Origin: Solirubrobacteraceae bacterium
Lineage (GTDB): Bacteria > Actinomycetota > Thermoleophilia > Solirubrobacterales > Solirubrobacteraceae
Direction: 5' to 3'
Length of the DNA stretch: 64,000 nt
Assembly: GCA_046330255.1 (NCBI GenBank)
Contig: JAXLTC010000001.1
Span: 743,787 to 807,786 of the forward strand
This document shows positions 27,666 to 36,659 of the stretch, piece after piece (within the stretch, counting starts at the first letter, position 1; the number at the start of each line of letters is the position of its first letter). The translations under genes were made by a program, and so were the position numbers. Below the pieces are notes generated by a model, which saw only the letters and a list, made by a program, of their open reading frames with translations, did not search any database and was not told the DNA's origin.

Positions 27666-28775
27666 ATGCCGCGCGGCAGGCACAAGGTGTTCCTCGGAAT
27701 GGCGGCGGGAGTCGGCAAGACCTACCGGATGCTGCAGGAGGGGCGCGCCGAGCTGGCCTCCGGCCGCGACGTGGCGATCGGGTACCTCGAGGCCCACGGC
27801 CGCGCTGAGACCGCGGCTCAGGCGCGGGGCCTGGAGGTCGTGCCACGGCGCCGGGTCGCCTACAGGAACGTCGTCCTCGAGGAGATGGACCTCCCGGGGG
27901 TGCTGGCCCGGATGCCCGAGCTGTGCCTGATCGACGAGCTGGCACACACGAACGCGCCCGGCCTCGAGCACGACAAGCGCTACGAGGATGTCGAGGAGGT
28001 CCTGGACAGCGGGATCGACGTCTTCTCGACGCTCAACGTGCAGCACCTGGAGAGCCTCAACGACCGGGTCGCCGAGCTCACCGAGACCGTCGTGCGCGAG
28101 ACGATCCCCGACGCGATCGTCGGCTCTGCCGACGAGATCGTGCTCGTCGACCTCACGCCCGAGGCGCTCCTGGAGCGGTTGCAGGCCGGAAAGGTGTATC
28201 CGGCAGAGCGCGTCCCCGCCGCGCTGAACAACTTCTTCCGGATCGAGAACCTCGCCGCGCTGCGCGAGGTCGCGCTGCGCCAGGTGGCCGAGGACGTCGA
28301 GGCGAAGCGCCTGGTGCGCGAGCCGGAGGCCGGCCGCCCCGAGCGTCTCGGCGCCCGCGGCGGCAGCGAGCCGGTCGGCGAGCGGGTGCTCGCGCTCGTG
28401 GCGCTGCGCCCCCGCTCGCAGCGGGTGGTGCGCCGCGCGTGGCGCTCGGCGCAGCGGCTCGGCGCCGAGCTCGACCTGCTGGTGGTTCGCCCGGCCGCGC
28501 AGCGCGCGAGCGCCGAGGAGCGCGACATGCTCGAGGCGATGCGCCGGCTCGCCGCGATGCTCGGGGCCCGCCTGCTCGTCGAGGAGGGCGACGACGTGGC
28601 CGACGTGGCGGCCAGGGTCGCCCGCGAGCGCGGCACCACCTACCTGATCATGGGGACCCCGGCCCGGCGCAGCGGGCGCGCTCGGCTGCGCGAGCCGGTG
28701 CCGATGCGGTTGCTGCGGCGGCTGCCGGGAGTCGACGTCCGCATCGTCGCCGACCGGCCCAAAGCGGACGGGTGA
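27666..28775 (+). CDS. kdpD: KdpD N-terminal sensor module (KdpD-N P-loop domain + Usp domain), soluble, split from the kinase
   Basis: Walker A GMAAGVGKTY, then DELAHTN, NVQHLESLND, ALNNFFRIENLAALRE, followed by a Usp-like domain. No TM or kinase domains. Confidence 0.85.
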   Translation: MPRGRHKVFLGMAAGVGKTYRMLQEGRAELASGRDVAIGYLEAHGRAETAAQARGLEVVPRRRVAYRNVVLEEMDLPGVLARMPELCLIDELAHTNAPGLEHDKRYEDVEEVLDSGIDVFSTLNVQHLESLNDRVAELTETVVRETIPDAIVGSADEIVLVDLTPEALLERLQAGKVYPAERVPAALNNFFRIENLAALREVALRQVAEDVEAKRLVREPEAGRPERLGARGGSEPVGERVLALVALRPRSQRVVRRAWRSAQRLGAELDLLVVRPAAQRASAEERDMLEAMRRLAAMLGARLLVEEGDDVADVAARVARERGTTYLIMGTPARRSGRARLREPVPMRLLRRLPGVDVRIVADRPKADG

Positions 28776-29326
28776 TGGCCCTCGCCGCGCTGATCGCGGG
28801 GTTCGCGGCCGGCGTGTGCGTCGCCGTGGCGGTCGTCATCGCGCGCCGCCGCATCGGCCTGGGCCGCCGCGCCCGGCGCATCGCATTTCCCTTCGTCGGC
28901 GCCCGCCTCTCGGAGCGCGCGCTGAGCGCGGCGCTGCGGCTTGCGCGCGCCGAGAGCGCGACGCTCGTGCCGATCTACCTGGTGTCGGTTCCCCGCCACC
29001 TCCCACTGGACTCCGCGCAGCCGCGCGAGGCCGAGATCGCGCTCACGATGCTCGAGGCGGTCGAGCGCCGGGCCGCACGGGCCGAGGTCGCGGTCGACGC
29101 GCGCGTGGAGCGCGGGCGCTCCGTTCGCCACGCGCTGCACGCCGCGGCGGCGAACGAGCGCTTCGATCGCATGGTCGTCGCCGCGTCCGGCAACGGCGCC
29201 GACGGCTTCTCCGCGGCCGACGTCGCCTGGCTGCTCGGCGCCGTGCGCGAGGAGGTGCTGGTGGTGCGTCCGCGCGTCGGGGAGGCGTCCGGCGAGGCGG
29301 GAGGCGACCCCGACGGGGGCGGCTGA
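28775..29326 (+). CDS. membrane-anchored universal stress protein (Usp)-like protein
   Basis: The ATG overlaps the upstream stop (TGATG). N-terminal TM helix, then a Usp-like alpha/beta segment (ATLVPIYLVSVP..., MVVAASGNG). Confidence 0.6.
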   Translation: MALAALIAGFAAGVCVAVAVVIARRRIGLGRRARRIAFPFVGARLSERALSAALRLARAESATLVPIYLVSVPRHLPLDSAQPREAEIALTMLEAVERRAARAEVAVDARVERGRSVRHALHAAAANERFDRMVVAASGNGADGFSAADVAWLLGAVREEVLVVRPRVGEASGEAGGDPDGGG

Positions 29327-29414
29327 CGGAGGCGGGCGGCCCGCTCGCGGCGGCCGTCCTCTCGACTTGGGTATCCGCGCCGGGTGAGCGACAATCACGG
29401 GAGAGGCTGATCCG

Positions 29415-29903
29415 ATGCGACCCGCGATTGGCGATCACGGCGATCCGCTTCCCGGCGCCGACCCCCGCCCGGGAGGCGCCGCCCTGCACCTGCGGGTGCT
29501 GCTGCGGCGCGACCGGCTGGACGAGGCGCTGGCGCGCCGCGCGCGCCCCGGCGACGACCCCGCGCAGCGCTTGCGCGCCGCGCAGCTCCTGCAGGCGAGC
29601 GAGCGCCGCCGCGTGGCGCGCGGCCTGCGCTCCGCGCTCGCCTCCACGGAGCACCCGCCGGTCGGATGGAACGCCCGGATACCGGTCGCCGCGCGGGCCG
29701 TGCGGCTCGGCCGGCCGGCGCTGGAGCGGCTCGCGTCGCGGCTCGGTAGTGCGGCGCCGGTGAGCGCGCGCGGCGTCGCGCAGGCCCGGCTGCTGCTGAC
29801 CGATGGCACCGGGCCCCTGTACCGCGACGAGGACCCCGATCGCCTGCGCGACGCCGCCCTCGACGCGCTGCGCGCCCTGGACCCGCCCGCGGGCCAGGCC
29901 TGA
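29415..29903 (+). CDS. hypothetical protein (162 aa or shorter)
   Basis: Coding-like third-position GC. GGGAGAGG lies 7 nt upstream of the ATG. No recognisable domain. Confidence 0.45.
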   Translation: MRPAIGDHGDPLPGADPRPGGAALHLRVLLRRDRLDEALARRARPGDDPAQRLRAAQLLQASERRRVARGLRSALASTEHPPVGWNARIPVAARAVRLGRPALERLASRLGSAAPVSARGVAQARLLLTDGTGPLYRDEDPDRLRDAALDALRALDPPAGQA

Positions 29904-29963
29904 CGCTCGCCGGAGCGCGGACGGCGGCCGAGCGCACCAGCCGCGCCGCGTGCCGCCGTAGGC

Positions 29964-30413
29964 TTGGCGCAGGAGCAACCGGTGCCTTCCGAGTCCACGC
30001 TGAGAGACTGGCTGGCGGCGCATCCGCCGCCCGACGAGCGCTTCGTCCAGACGCTCGCGAGCGTCGCCGGGCGGGTCCGCGCCGGCGAGGACCTGCGCTT
30101 CGCGGTGCGCGAGTTCCTCGACGAGTTCGCCGTCCGCGGCCATGACGAGCTGCGCGCCGCGGCGCTCGCGGAGCGCCCCGGTCCCACGGGCGACTCGCGT
30201 GCCGACGCCTACCTGGGGGCGCTCGCCGAGCACCTCGCCGCCACCCGGGGCCTCGAGCGCCCGGCATGGGCGACGGAGCCGTCCAGGTTCCTCGACGCGT
30301 TCTGGTTCCCGAGCCCGGTGCCGGGCTTCCGCGCGCTGGCGATCGCCCAGTCCCCCGCCGCGTTCCGCCGGCGCGGGATATTCATCGCCAGGGGCTCGCT
30401 GGAGCGCTGCTGA
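29964..30413 (+). CDS. hypothetical protein, upstream partner of the small nucleotidyltransferase
   Basis: TTG start. Coding-like codon bias. The stop lies 1 nt before the GTG of the next gene. No recognisable domain. Confidence 0.5.
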   Translation: MAQEQPVPSESTLRDWLAAHPPPDERFVQTLASVAGRVRAGEDLRFAVREFLDEFAVRGHDELRAAALAERPGPTGDSRADAYLGALAEHLAATRGLERPAWATEPSRFLDAFWFPSPVPGFRALAIAQSPAAFRRRGIFIARGSLERC

Positions 30414-30414
30414 G

Positions 30415-30924
30415 GTGGACCGCGACGAGATCCTCGAGACGCTCGGCGAGCTCGCGTCACTGCTGCGCGAGCGGGGCGTCGACGGCGAGATGTACGTGGT
30501 CGGAGGGGCCGCGATCGCGCTCGCCTACGACGCGCGGCGCTCGACGCGCGACGTGGACGCCGTCTTCGAGCCCAAAGCCGAGATCTACTCGGCCGCCGCC
30601 GAGGTGGCGCGGCGGCGCGACCTTCCGCCGGCGTGGCTCAACGACGCGGTGAAGGGATTCCTCGCGGGCGACGATCCCCAGGCCGCGCCCGTGCTCGACG
30701 TGCCCGGGCTTCGCTGCCTTGCGGCGTCGCCCAGGATCCTGCTCGCCCTGAAGGTGCTCGCGCACCGGGTGGGCGAGGACGAGGACGACGTCCGCCTCCT
30801 GGCCGGCGCCTGCGGGCTCGCGACGGCGGCGGAGATCCTCGAGGCTGCCGAGGAGATCTACGGCGATCGCCTGGACGCGGCGGCGCGCTTCTTCGTCCAG
30901 GAGCTGTTCCCGGCCTCCGGCTGA
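30415..30924 (+). CDS. small pol-beta-fold nucleotidyltransferase (DUF6036/AbiEii-MNT-like)
   Basis: GTG at 30415. NTase signature YVVGGAAIALAYDARRSTRDVDAVF (GG-x14-DxD). 169 aa. Confidence 0.65.
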   Translation: MDRDEILETLGELASLLRERGVDGEMYVVGGAAIALAYDARRSTRDVDAVFEPKAEIYSAAAEVARRRDLPPAWLNDAVKGFLAGDDPQAAPVLDVPGLRCLAASPRILLALKVLAHRVGEDEDDVRLLAGACGLATAAEILEAAEEIYGDRLDAAARFFVQELFPASG

Positions 30925-30929
30925 CGGGC

Positions 30930-32492
30930 TCAGCCGGAGGCGCGACCGGAATCGGCCATCGCCGGCGGCGGGCCCCACCCGCCGCCGCCCGGCGTGCGGA
31001 CCTCGAGCAGGTCCCCGGGCCCCAGCGCCACGCTCGCCTTCGGCGGCAGCGGCTCGCCGTTCAGCGCGTTGGAGCCCGCGGCGCCGGGCTCGCCGCCGTC
31101 CGCGCCCGCGGGCCGGTGGCGCCGGCGGTCGGTCAGCAGCGAGAGCCAACACGGCTCCAGCGCCCGCACCGCGCGCACGATCCCGTCGCCGCCGCGATGG
31201 CGGCCCGCGCCCCCCGTCCCGTAGGCGAGCTCGGCGCGCTCGACGCGCAGCGGGAACTCCAGCTCCAGCGCCTCCACGGGGGTGTTGAGCGTGTTGCTCA
31301 TGCCGACGTGCACCCCGGACGGGCCGGGGCCCGCGGCGCTCGCGCCCTGGCCGCCGCCGATCGTCTCGTAGTAGGTCCAGCCCTCGCCGCCGAGCACGAC
31401 GTTGTTCATCGTTCCCTGCCCCTGGGCGGGCAGCGGAAGCGCCTGCGAGAGAGCCAGCAGCACGGTGTCCGCGATCCGCTGCGAGGTCTCGACGTTGCCC
31501 GCCACGACCGCCGCGGGCGCCCGCGCGTGCACCACCAGGCCGGGCTCGGCGACGATCCGCAGCGGCGCGTAGGTGCCGGCGTTGACCGGCACGTCCCCCG
31601 GTAGCACGACGCGCAGCGCGAAGCAGCAGGCCGACCGCGTCACCGCGAGCGGGCAGTTGACGTTGCCGGCCACCTGCGGCGCGCTGCCCGCGAAGTCCAC
31701 GGTCAGCCGCCCGCCCTCGACCGTGACGGCAACGCGGAGCGGGATGTCGTCCTCGCCGGTCCCGTCGCCCTCGAGCTCGCCGGAGGCCTCGTAGCGCCCG
31801 TCCGGGATCGCGGCGACGGCCTCCAGCGCGCGGCGGGCGGCGTAGTCGCGGACCGCCGCGATGCCGGCGCGGAGCGTCTGCAGCCCGACCCGCCCGGCCA
31901 GCTCGGCCAGGCGCGTCGCGGCGAGCCGGTTGGAGGCGAGCTGGGCCGCGAGGTCGCCGCGGCGCACCGCGGGGGTGCGCACGTTGGCCAGCACCAGCTC
32001 GAGCGCCTCGCGCACCGTCTCCCCGCCGCGCACCAGCCGCAGCGGCGGCAGCACAAGCCCCTCCTGGTAGATGTCGCGGGAGTCCGCGGGCATCGATCCG
32101 GGGCGCATGCCGCCGACGTCGGAGTGGTGCGCGCGCGTGACCGCGTACGCGAGCCGCCCGTCGCGCGCCTCGACCGGCGAGACGAGCGTGAGGTCCGGGA
32201 GGTGGGTGCCGCCCGTGTAGGGGTCGTTGAGCAGGAACACGTCGCCGGGCTCCGGCTCGCGCTCGATCACCGCCGCCACCGCCTCGGGCATCGCGCCCAG
32301 GTGCACCGGGATGTGCTCGGCCTGAGCGACCAGCTCCCCGGCGCCGTCGAACAGCGCGGCCGAGCAGTCGCGCCGCTCCTTGATGTTCGACGAGTAGGCG
32401 CCGCGCACCAGCAGCGTCCCCATCTCCTCTGCGATCCCGGCCAGCGCCGAGGACAGCACCGAGAGCGTGACCGGGTCGATCGTCGCGCTCAC
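30930..32492 (-). CDS. hyuB: hydantoinase B/oxoprolinase family protein
   Basis: GTG at 32492 overlaps the hyuA stop (GTGA). Starts VSATIDPVTLSVL. Motifs SSNIKERRDCS, FLLNDPYTGGTHLPD and GGGGWG. Confidence 0.9.
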   Translation of the reverse strand: MSATIDPVTLSVLSSALAGIAEEMGTLLVRGAYSSNIKERRDCSAALFDGAGELVAQAEHIPVHLGAMPEAVAAVIEREPEPGDVFLLNDPYTGGTHLPDLTLVSPVEARDGRLAYAVTRAHHSDVGGMRPGSMPADSRDIYQEGLVLPPLRLVRGGETVREALELVLANVRTPAVRRGDLAAQLASNRLAATRLAELAGRVGLQTLRAGIAAVRDYAARRALEAVAAIPDGRYEASGELEGDGTGEDDIPLRVAVTVEGGRLTVDFAGSAPQVAGNVNCPLAVTRSACCFALRVVLPGDVPVNAGTYAPLRIVAEPGLVVHARAPAAVVAGNVETSQRIADTVLLALSQALPLPAQGQGTMNNVVLGGEGWTYYETIGGGQGASAAGPGPSGVHVGMSNTLNTPVEALELEFPLRVERAELAYGTGGAGRHRGGDGIVRAVRALEPCWLSLLTDRRRHRPAGADGGEPGAAGSNALNGEPLPPKASVALGPGDLLEVRTPGGGGWGPPPAMADSGRASG

Positions 32493-34468
32493 CCGCCCGC
32501 CTCCCTGCGCAGCAGCAACGCGCCGGCGCCGTCGACCTCGCCGCTCCATCCGGGGCGGACCACGCACGTCGCCTCCGGCCACTGCACCACGGCCGGTCCC
32601 CGGACCGCCGCGCCCCGCTCGAGCGCCGCTCCGTCCAGGACGGCGGTGTCCCGCCACTCGCCGTCGAAGCACGCGCTGCGCGCGCCGAGACGGGCATCGT
32701 CCCGTCCGCGCGTCGCGCGAAGCGGCGGCCGCTCGACGGCGACCGTCGCGGTGACGCGCAGCGCGACGACCTCGACCGGCTCGTCCGCCATGCGGTAGCC
32801 GTAGCGCGCCTCGTGCGCCGCCTCGAAGCGCGCGCGCAGCCGCACCGGGTCGTCCGCGTCGACGGTCAGCTCGAACGCCTGGCGGCGGTAGCGCAGGTCG
32901 GCGCGGCGGCGCAGGAGCGGTCGCTCGAAGCCCGCGGACGCGCGCTCGGACAGCGCCGCGAACGCCTCCTCGAGCGCGGCGGGCCGCAACTCCTCGACCG
33001 GCGCGATGTGGGCCGCCACCTCGTCGCGCCGCAGGTCGGAGATCGCGAGCCCCAGCGCGCTCAGCACACCGGCGGCGCGCGGGACCAGGACGGATGCGAT
33101 CCCGAGGTCCTCGGCGAGCGCGCAGGCGTGCGTCCCGCCCGCGCCGCCGAATGCCACGAGCGCGAAGTCGCGCGGGTCGAGCCCGCGCTCGACGGTCACC
33201 ACCCGCAGCGCCCGGGCCATCTCGGCGTTGGCGACGCGTACGGTCCCGAGCGCGGTCTGGAGCGGATCGAGGCCGAGCGGCGCGCCGACCCGGCGGAGCG
33301 CCTCGAGCGCCCGCTCGCCGGACAGGCGCAGGCCGCCGGCGAGCGCCGTTCCGCTGTCCAGGTAGCCGAGCGCGAGGTTCGCGTCGGTCACGGTCGGCTC
33401 GGCGCCGCCGAGCCCGTAGGAGGCGGGACCGGGATCGGCCCCGGCCGACCGCGGCCCGACCCGCAGCGCGCCGCCCGGGTCGGCCCAGGCGATCGAGCCG
33501 CCGCCCGCGCTGACCGTGTGCACGTCGACCATCGGCAGCCGGATCGGCACCCCGGCCACGACCGCCTCGTTGGTCACGGCGGCCTCGCCGCCGCGGATCG
33601 GTGCGACGTCGGTGCTGGTCCCGCCCATGTCGAAGCTGAGCACGTCCGCGAGTCCGCTGGCGGACGCGGCGTACGCCGCGCCGACGACCCCGCCCGCCGG
33701 GCCGGAGAGAACGCACCCCGCGGCGTGCTCGGCGGCCGCGTCCATGTCGGCGACGCCGCCGGAGGAGCGCATCACCAGCGGGCGCGGCACGCCGGTACGC
33801 GCAGCGCGCTCGGCCAGTCGGTGGAGGTAGCCGCCCAGCCGCGGCGCGAGGTAGGCGTCGGCGGCGGTCGTGGAGCAGCGCTCGTACTCGCGGAACTCGG
33901 GCAGCACCTCGCTCGACAGCGAGACCGGCACGCCGGGCAGCGCGGCCCGCACGGCCTCACCGACCCGGCGCTCGTGCCGCGGGTCGAGGAACGAGAAAAG
34001 CAGGCACACGGCGATCGCCTCCACCTCCGCGGCGGCCAGCGCGGCGATCGTGGCGGCGAGGTCGTCCTCGTCGAGCGGCACGAGCACTCCCTGCGGCCCG
34101 ATCCGCTCGCGCACGGTGAAGCGCCGCTCGCGCGGCACCAGGGGCGGCGGGCGGTGCGCCGTGAGGTCGTAGAGCGACGCTCGATCCTGGCGGCCGATCT
34201 CCAGCAGGTCGCGGAAGCCCTCGGTGGTGACGAGGCCCAGCCGCGCGCCGCGGCGCTCGAGAAGGGCGTTCGTGGCCACGGTCATCCCGTGAGCGAACGC
34301 CGCCACTCGCGCGGGGTCCACCTGCGCGGCCGCGATCGCGTCCATCGCGCCCTCGGACTGGTCGGCTGGTGTCGAGGGGACCTTCGCGGTCACCAGGCGC
34401 CCGTGCTCGACGGCGACGAGGTCGGTGAACGTGCCGCCGACGTCCACCCCGAGGCGCGCGCCGCTCAC
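32489..34468 (-). CDS. hyuA: hydantoinase A/oxoprolinase family protein
   Basis: GTG at 34468 gives ..RLGVDVGGTFTDLV. Also SFDMGGTSTDV. 659 aa. Confidence 0.9.
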   Translation of the reverse strand: MSGARLGVDVGGTFTDLVAVEHGRLVTAKVPSTPADQSEGAMDAIAAAQVDPARVAAFAHGMTVATNALLERRGARLGLVTTEGFRDLLEIGRQDRASLYDLTAHRPPPLVPRERRFTVRERIGPQGVLVPLDEDDLAATIAALAAAEVEAIAVCLLFSFLDPRHERRVGEAVRAALPGVPVSLSSEVLPEFREYERCSTTAADAYLAPRLGGYLHRLAERAARTGVPRPLVMRSSGGVADMDAAAEHAAGCVLSGPAGGVVGAAYAASASGLADVLSFDMGGTSTDVAPIRGGEAAVTNEAVVAGVPIRLPMVDVHTVSAGGGSIAWADPGGALRVGPRSAGADPGPASYGLGGAEPTVTDANLALGYLDSGTALAGGLRLSGERALEALRRVGAPLGLDPLQTALGTVRVANAEMARALRVVTVERGLDPRDFALVAFGGAGGTHACALAEDLGIASVLVPRAAGVLSALGLAISDLRRDEVAAHIAPVEELRPAALEEAFAALSERASAGFERPLLRRRADLRYRRQAFELTVDADDPVRLRARFEAAHEARYGYRMADEPVEVVALRVTATVAVERPPLRATRGRDDARLGARSACFDGEWRDTAVLDGAALERGAAVRGPAVVQWPEATCVVRPGWSGEVDGAGALLLRREAGG

Positions 34469-35148
34469 GCGCGGGGCCGGGCCGGCTCCGGGGTGATCAG
34501 CGCGACGGCGACGCCCAGACCGGCCTCGCGACGGACCGTCGCGATGCGCCGGCCGGGCTGGACCGCGTCGCGAGCCTCGCCTAGCAGCGGGCCCAGCACC
34601 GCCGCGGCGCGCTCGAGGTCGGCGACGGCGAACTGCAGGCCCCACAGCCGCGCGGGGCCGGGCGGCCCGCCGGCGGGCTCCACGACCTCGAGGATCGGCC
34701 CGTTGGCGAAGCGCGCGAAACCGCGCCGCGCCTGCCCGCCGCCCGGCACCTCCCCCTCGAGCAGCTTGCGGAGCGGCATGCCGGCCGCCGCCAGCGCGGC
34801 GCCGGTGCGCTCGCGGCTACCCGTGAAGAGGATGACCATGTCCACCGCGATCACGCCGTTGGGATGCCGCGCGGGCGCCTCGGCGGTCTCCTCCGGCGCG
34901 GGAGGGGCCGCCGCCCACGCGCAAGGCAGGCCGTCGAGGTCGGTGGTGCCCGTGGCGCGCGGGGCGGCGGGCGCGGCCGCCAGCGCCAGCGATGCGGTCC
35001 CGCCCGCGACGGGCCGCACCGGGATCCCGCCCGCCACGAGCGCTCCACCGGTCACGGCGAAGCCCGCCGCCGCCCACGCCGCCGACTCCCCGCGGGTCTC
35101 GACGCCGGCGAGCGCCGGTCGCGGCGGCGGGGCGGCGGAGCGGCTCAC
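34465..35148 (-). CDS. VOC/glyoxalase-like domain protein
   Basis: Its stop overlaps the hyuA start. Glyoxalase-like-domain pattern HPNG..D.V, LWGLQFAVADLE and AVQPGRRIATV. Confidence 0.6.
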   Translation of the reverse strand: MSRSAAPPPRPALAGVETRGESAAWAAAGFAVTGGALVAGGIPVRPVAGGTASLALAAAPAAPRATGTTDLDGLPCAWAAAPPAPEETAEAPARHPNGVIAVDMVILFTGSRERTGAALAAAGMPLRKLLEGEVPGGGQARRGFARFANGPILEVVEPAGGPPGPARLWGLQFAVADLERAAAVLGPLLGEARDAVQPGRRIATVRREAGLGVAVALITPEPARPRA

Positions 35149-35164
35149 GTCGTCGCCGCGGGCG

Positions 35165-36529
35165 CTAGGCGATCGCGGGCGCGTCGGGCAGCCGCTCGAG
35201 CGCGGCCTCCATGTCCGCCTCGGAGAACTCCGGGTCCTCCAGCTCGCCCGAGAGGTAGGCGTCGTAGGCCGAGAGGTCGAAGTTCCCGTGCCCGCAGAGC
35301 CCGAACAGGATCACCCGCCGCTCGCCCGCCTCCCTGGCCGCCTCGGCCTCGTCGATCGCCGCCCGGATGGCGTGCGCGGGCTCCGGCGCGGGAATGATCC
35401 CCTCGGTCCGCGCGAAGCGCACCGCGGCCTCGAAGGTGTCGTTCTGCCGGTAGGCCCGCGCCTCGACCAGCCCGGCCTTGACGAGCCCGCTGACCATCGG
35501 CGAGTCGCCGTGGTAGCGCAGCCCGCCGGCGTGGACGGGCGGCGGCACGAAGTCGTGGCCCAGCGTGTACATCGGCATCAGCGGGGTCAGCCCGGCCGTG
35601 TCGCCGAAGTCGTAGCGGTACGCGCCGCGGGTCAGCGTCGGGCAAGCGGCCGGCTCCGCCGCCACGAAACGCGTGCGCGCCTCGCCGCCGAGCACCCGGC
35701 GCACGAACGGGAACGCGAGCCCGCCGAAGTTGGAGCCCCCGCCGACGCACGCGACGACCACGTCGGGCTCCTCGCCGGCCATCGCCATCTGCGCGATCGC
35801 CTCCTGGCCGATCACGGTCTGGTGCAGCAGCACGTGGTTGAGTACCGAGCCGAGCGAGTAGTTGGTGTCCGGCGCCTGGGCCGCCACCTCGACGGCCTCC
35901 GAGATCGCGATGCCCAGCGAGCCGGTCGGATGCGAGGCCTGCGCGCGGCCGGACTCGGTCAGATCGCTGGGGGACCGGTGCACGGTCGCGCCCCAGGTCT
36001 CCATCATCGAGCGCCGGTAGGGCTTCTGGTCGTAGCTGGACCCGACCATCCAGACCTCGCACTCGAGCCCGAAGAGCGAGCAGGCGAACGCGAGCGAAGA
36101 GCCCCACTGGCCGGCGCCGGTCTCGGTCGCGAGCTTGCGGATCCCGGCCTGGGCGTTCTCCCAGGCCTGCGGCACGGCGGTGTTCGGCTTGTGCGACCCG
36201 GCGGGCGAGACGCCCTCGTACTTGTAGTAGATGTGCGCGGGGGTGTCGAGCTCTCGCTCCAGGCGGCGCGCGCGGTGCAAGGGCGTTGGGCGCCAGAGCT
36301 TGTAGGCCTCGCGAACCTCGTCCGGGATCTCGATCTCCGGCTCGGCCGAGACCTCCTGCGCGATCAGCCCCATCGGGAAGATCGGTGTCAGGTCGTCCGG
36401 TCCGGCGGGCTGGCCGGTTGCGGGGCTCAGCGGCGGGTGCGGCTCGCCGGGCAGGTCGGGCAGCAGGTTCACCCAATGCGTCGGAATGTCCCGCTCGCCG
36501 AGCAGGTACTTGGTCGGCTCGTCGCTCAT
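35165..36529 (-). CDS. TrpB2-type tryptophan synthase beta-like PLP enzyme
   Basis: ATG at 36529 with GAGGGAG upstream. TrpB2 N-terminal extension ([13 protein letters not shown]). PLP lysine motif GSHKPNTA, plus GGGSNFGG. 454 aa. Confidence 0.85.
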   Translation of the reverse strand: MSDEPTKYLLGERDIPTHWVNLLPDLPGEPHPPLSPATGQPAGPDDLTPIFPMGLIAQEVSAEPEIEIPDEVREAYKLWRPTPLHRARRLERELDTPAHIYYKYEGVSPAGSHKPNTAVPQAWENAQAGIRKLATETGAGQWGSSLAFACSLFGLECEVWMVGSSYDQKPYRRSMMETWGATVHRSPSDLTESGRAQASHPTGSLGIAISEAVEVAAQAPDTNYSLGSVLNHVLLHQTVIGQEAIAQMAMAGEEPDVVVACVGGGSNFGGLAFPFVRRVLGGEARTRFVAAEPAACPTLTRGAYRYDFGDTAGLTPLMPMYTLGHDFVPPPVHAGGLRYHGDSPMVSGLVKAGLVEARAYRQNDTFEAAVRFARTEGIIPAPEPAHAIRAAIDEAEAAREAGERRVILFGLCGHGNFDLSAYDAYLSGELEDPEFSEADMEAALERLPDAPAIA

Positions 36530-36659
36530 CTCACTCCCTCGTCGGTTGGCCCCGGACGCCGATGCTACCGGCGCGCCCGCCCCGAGAATGTCGCGACCTG
36601 CACCCGGAGCGAGCGGCGCGGCTACGATCGCCGCAGGGCCGACATTCGCCCTGCCCATC

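Noticed and set aside
29964-30413. HEPN toxin assignment for the NTase partner, based on RDWLAAH (an R-x5-H string)
   Set aside because: It is a single short match near the N-terminus, whereas the HEPN catalytic motif is normally C-terminal in a helical bundle. That is not enough evidence. The protein is left as hypothetical.
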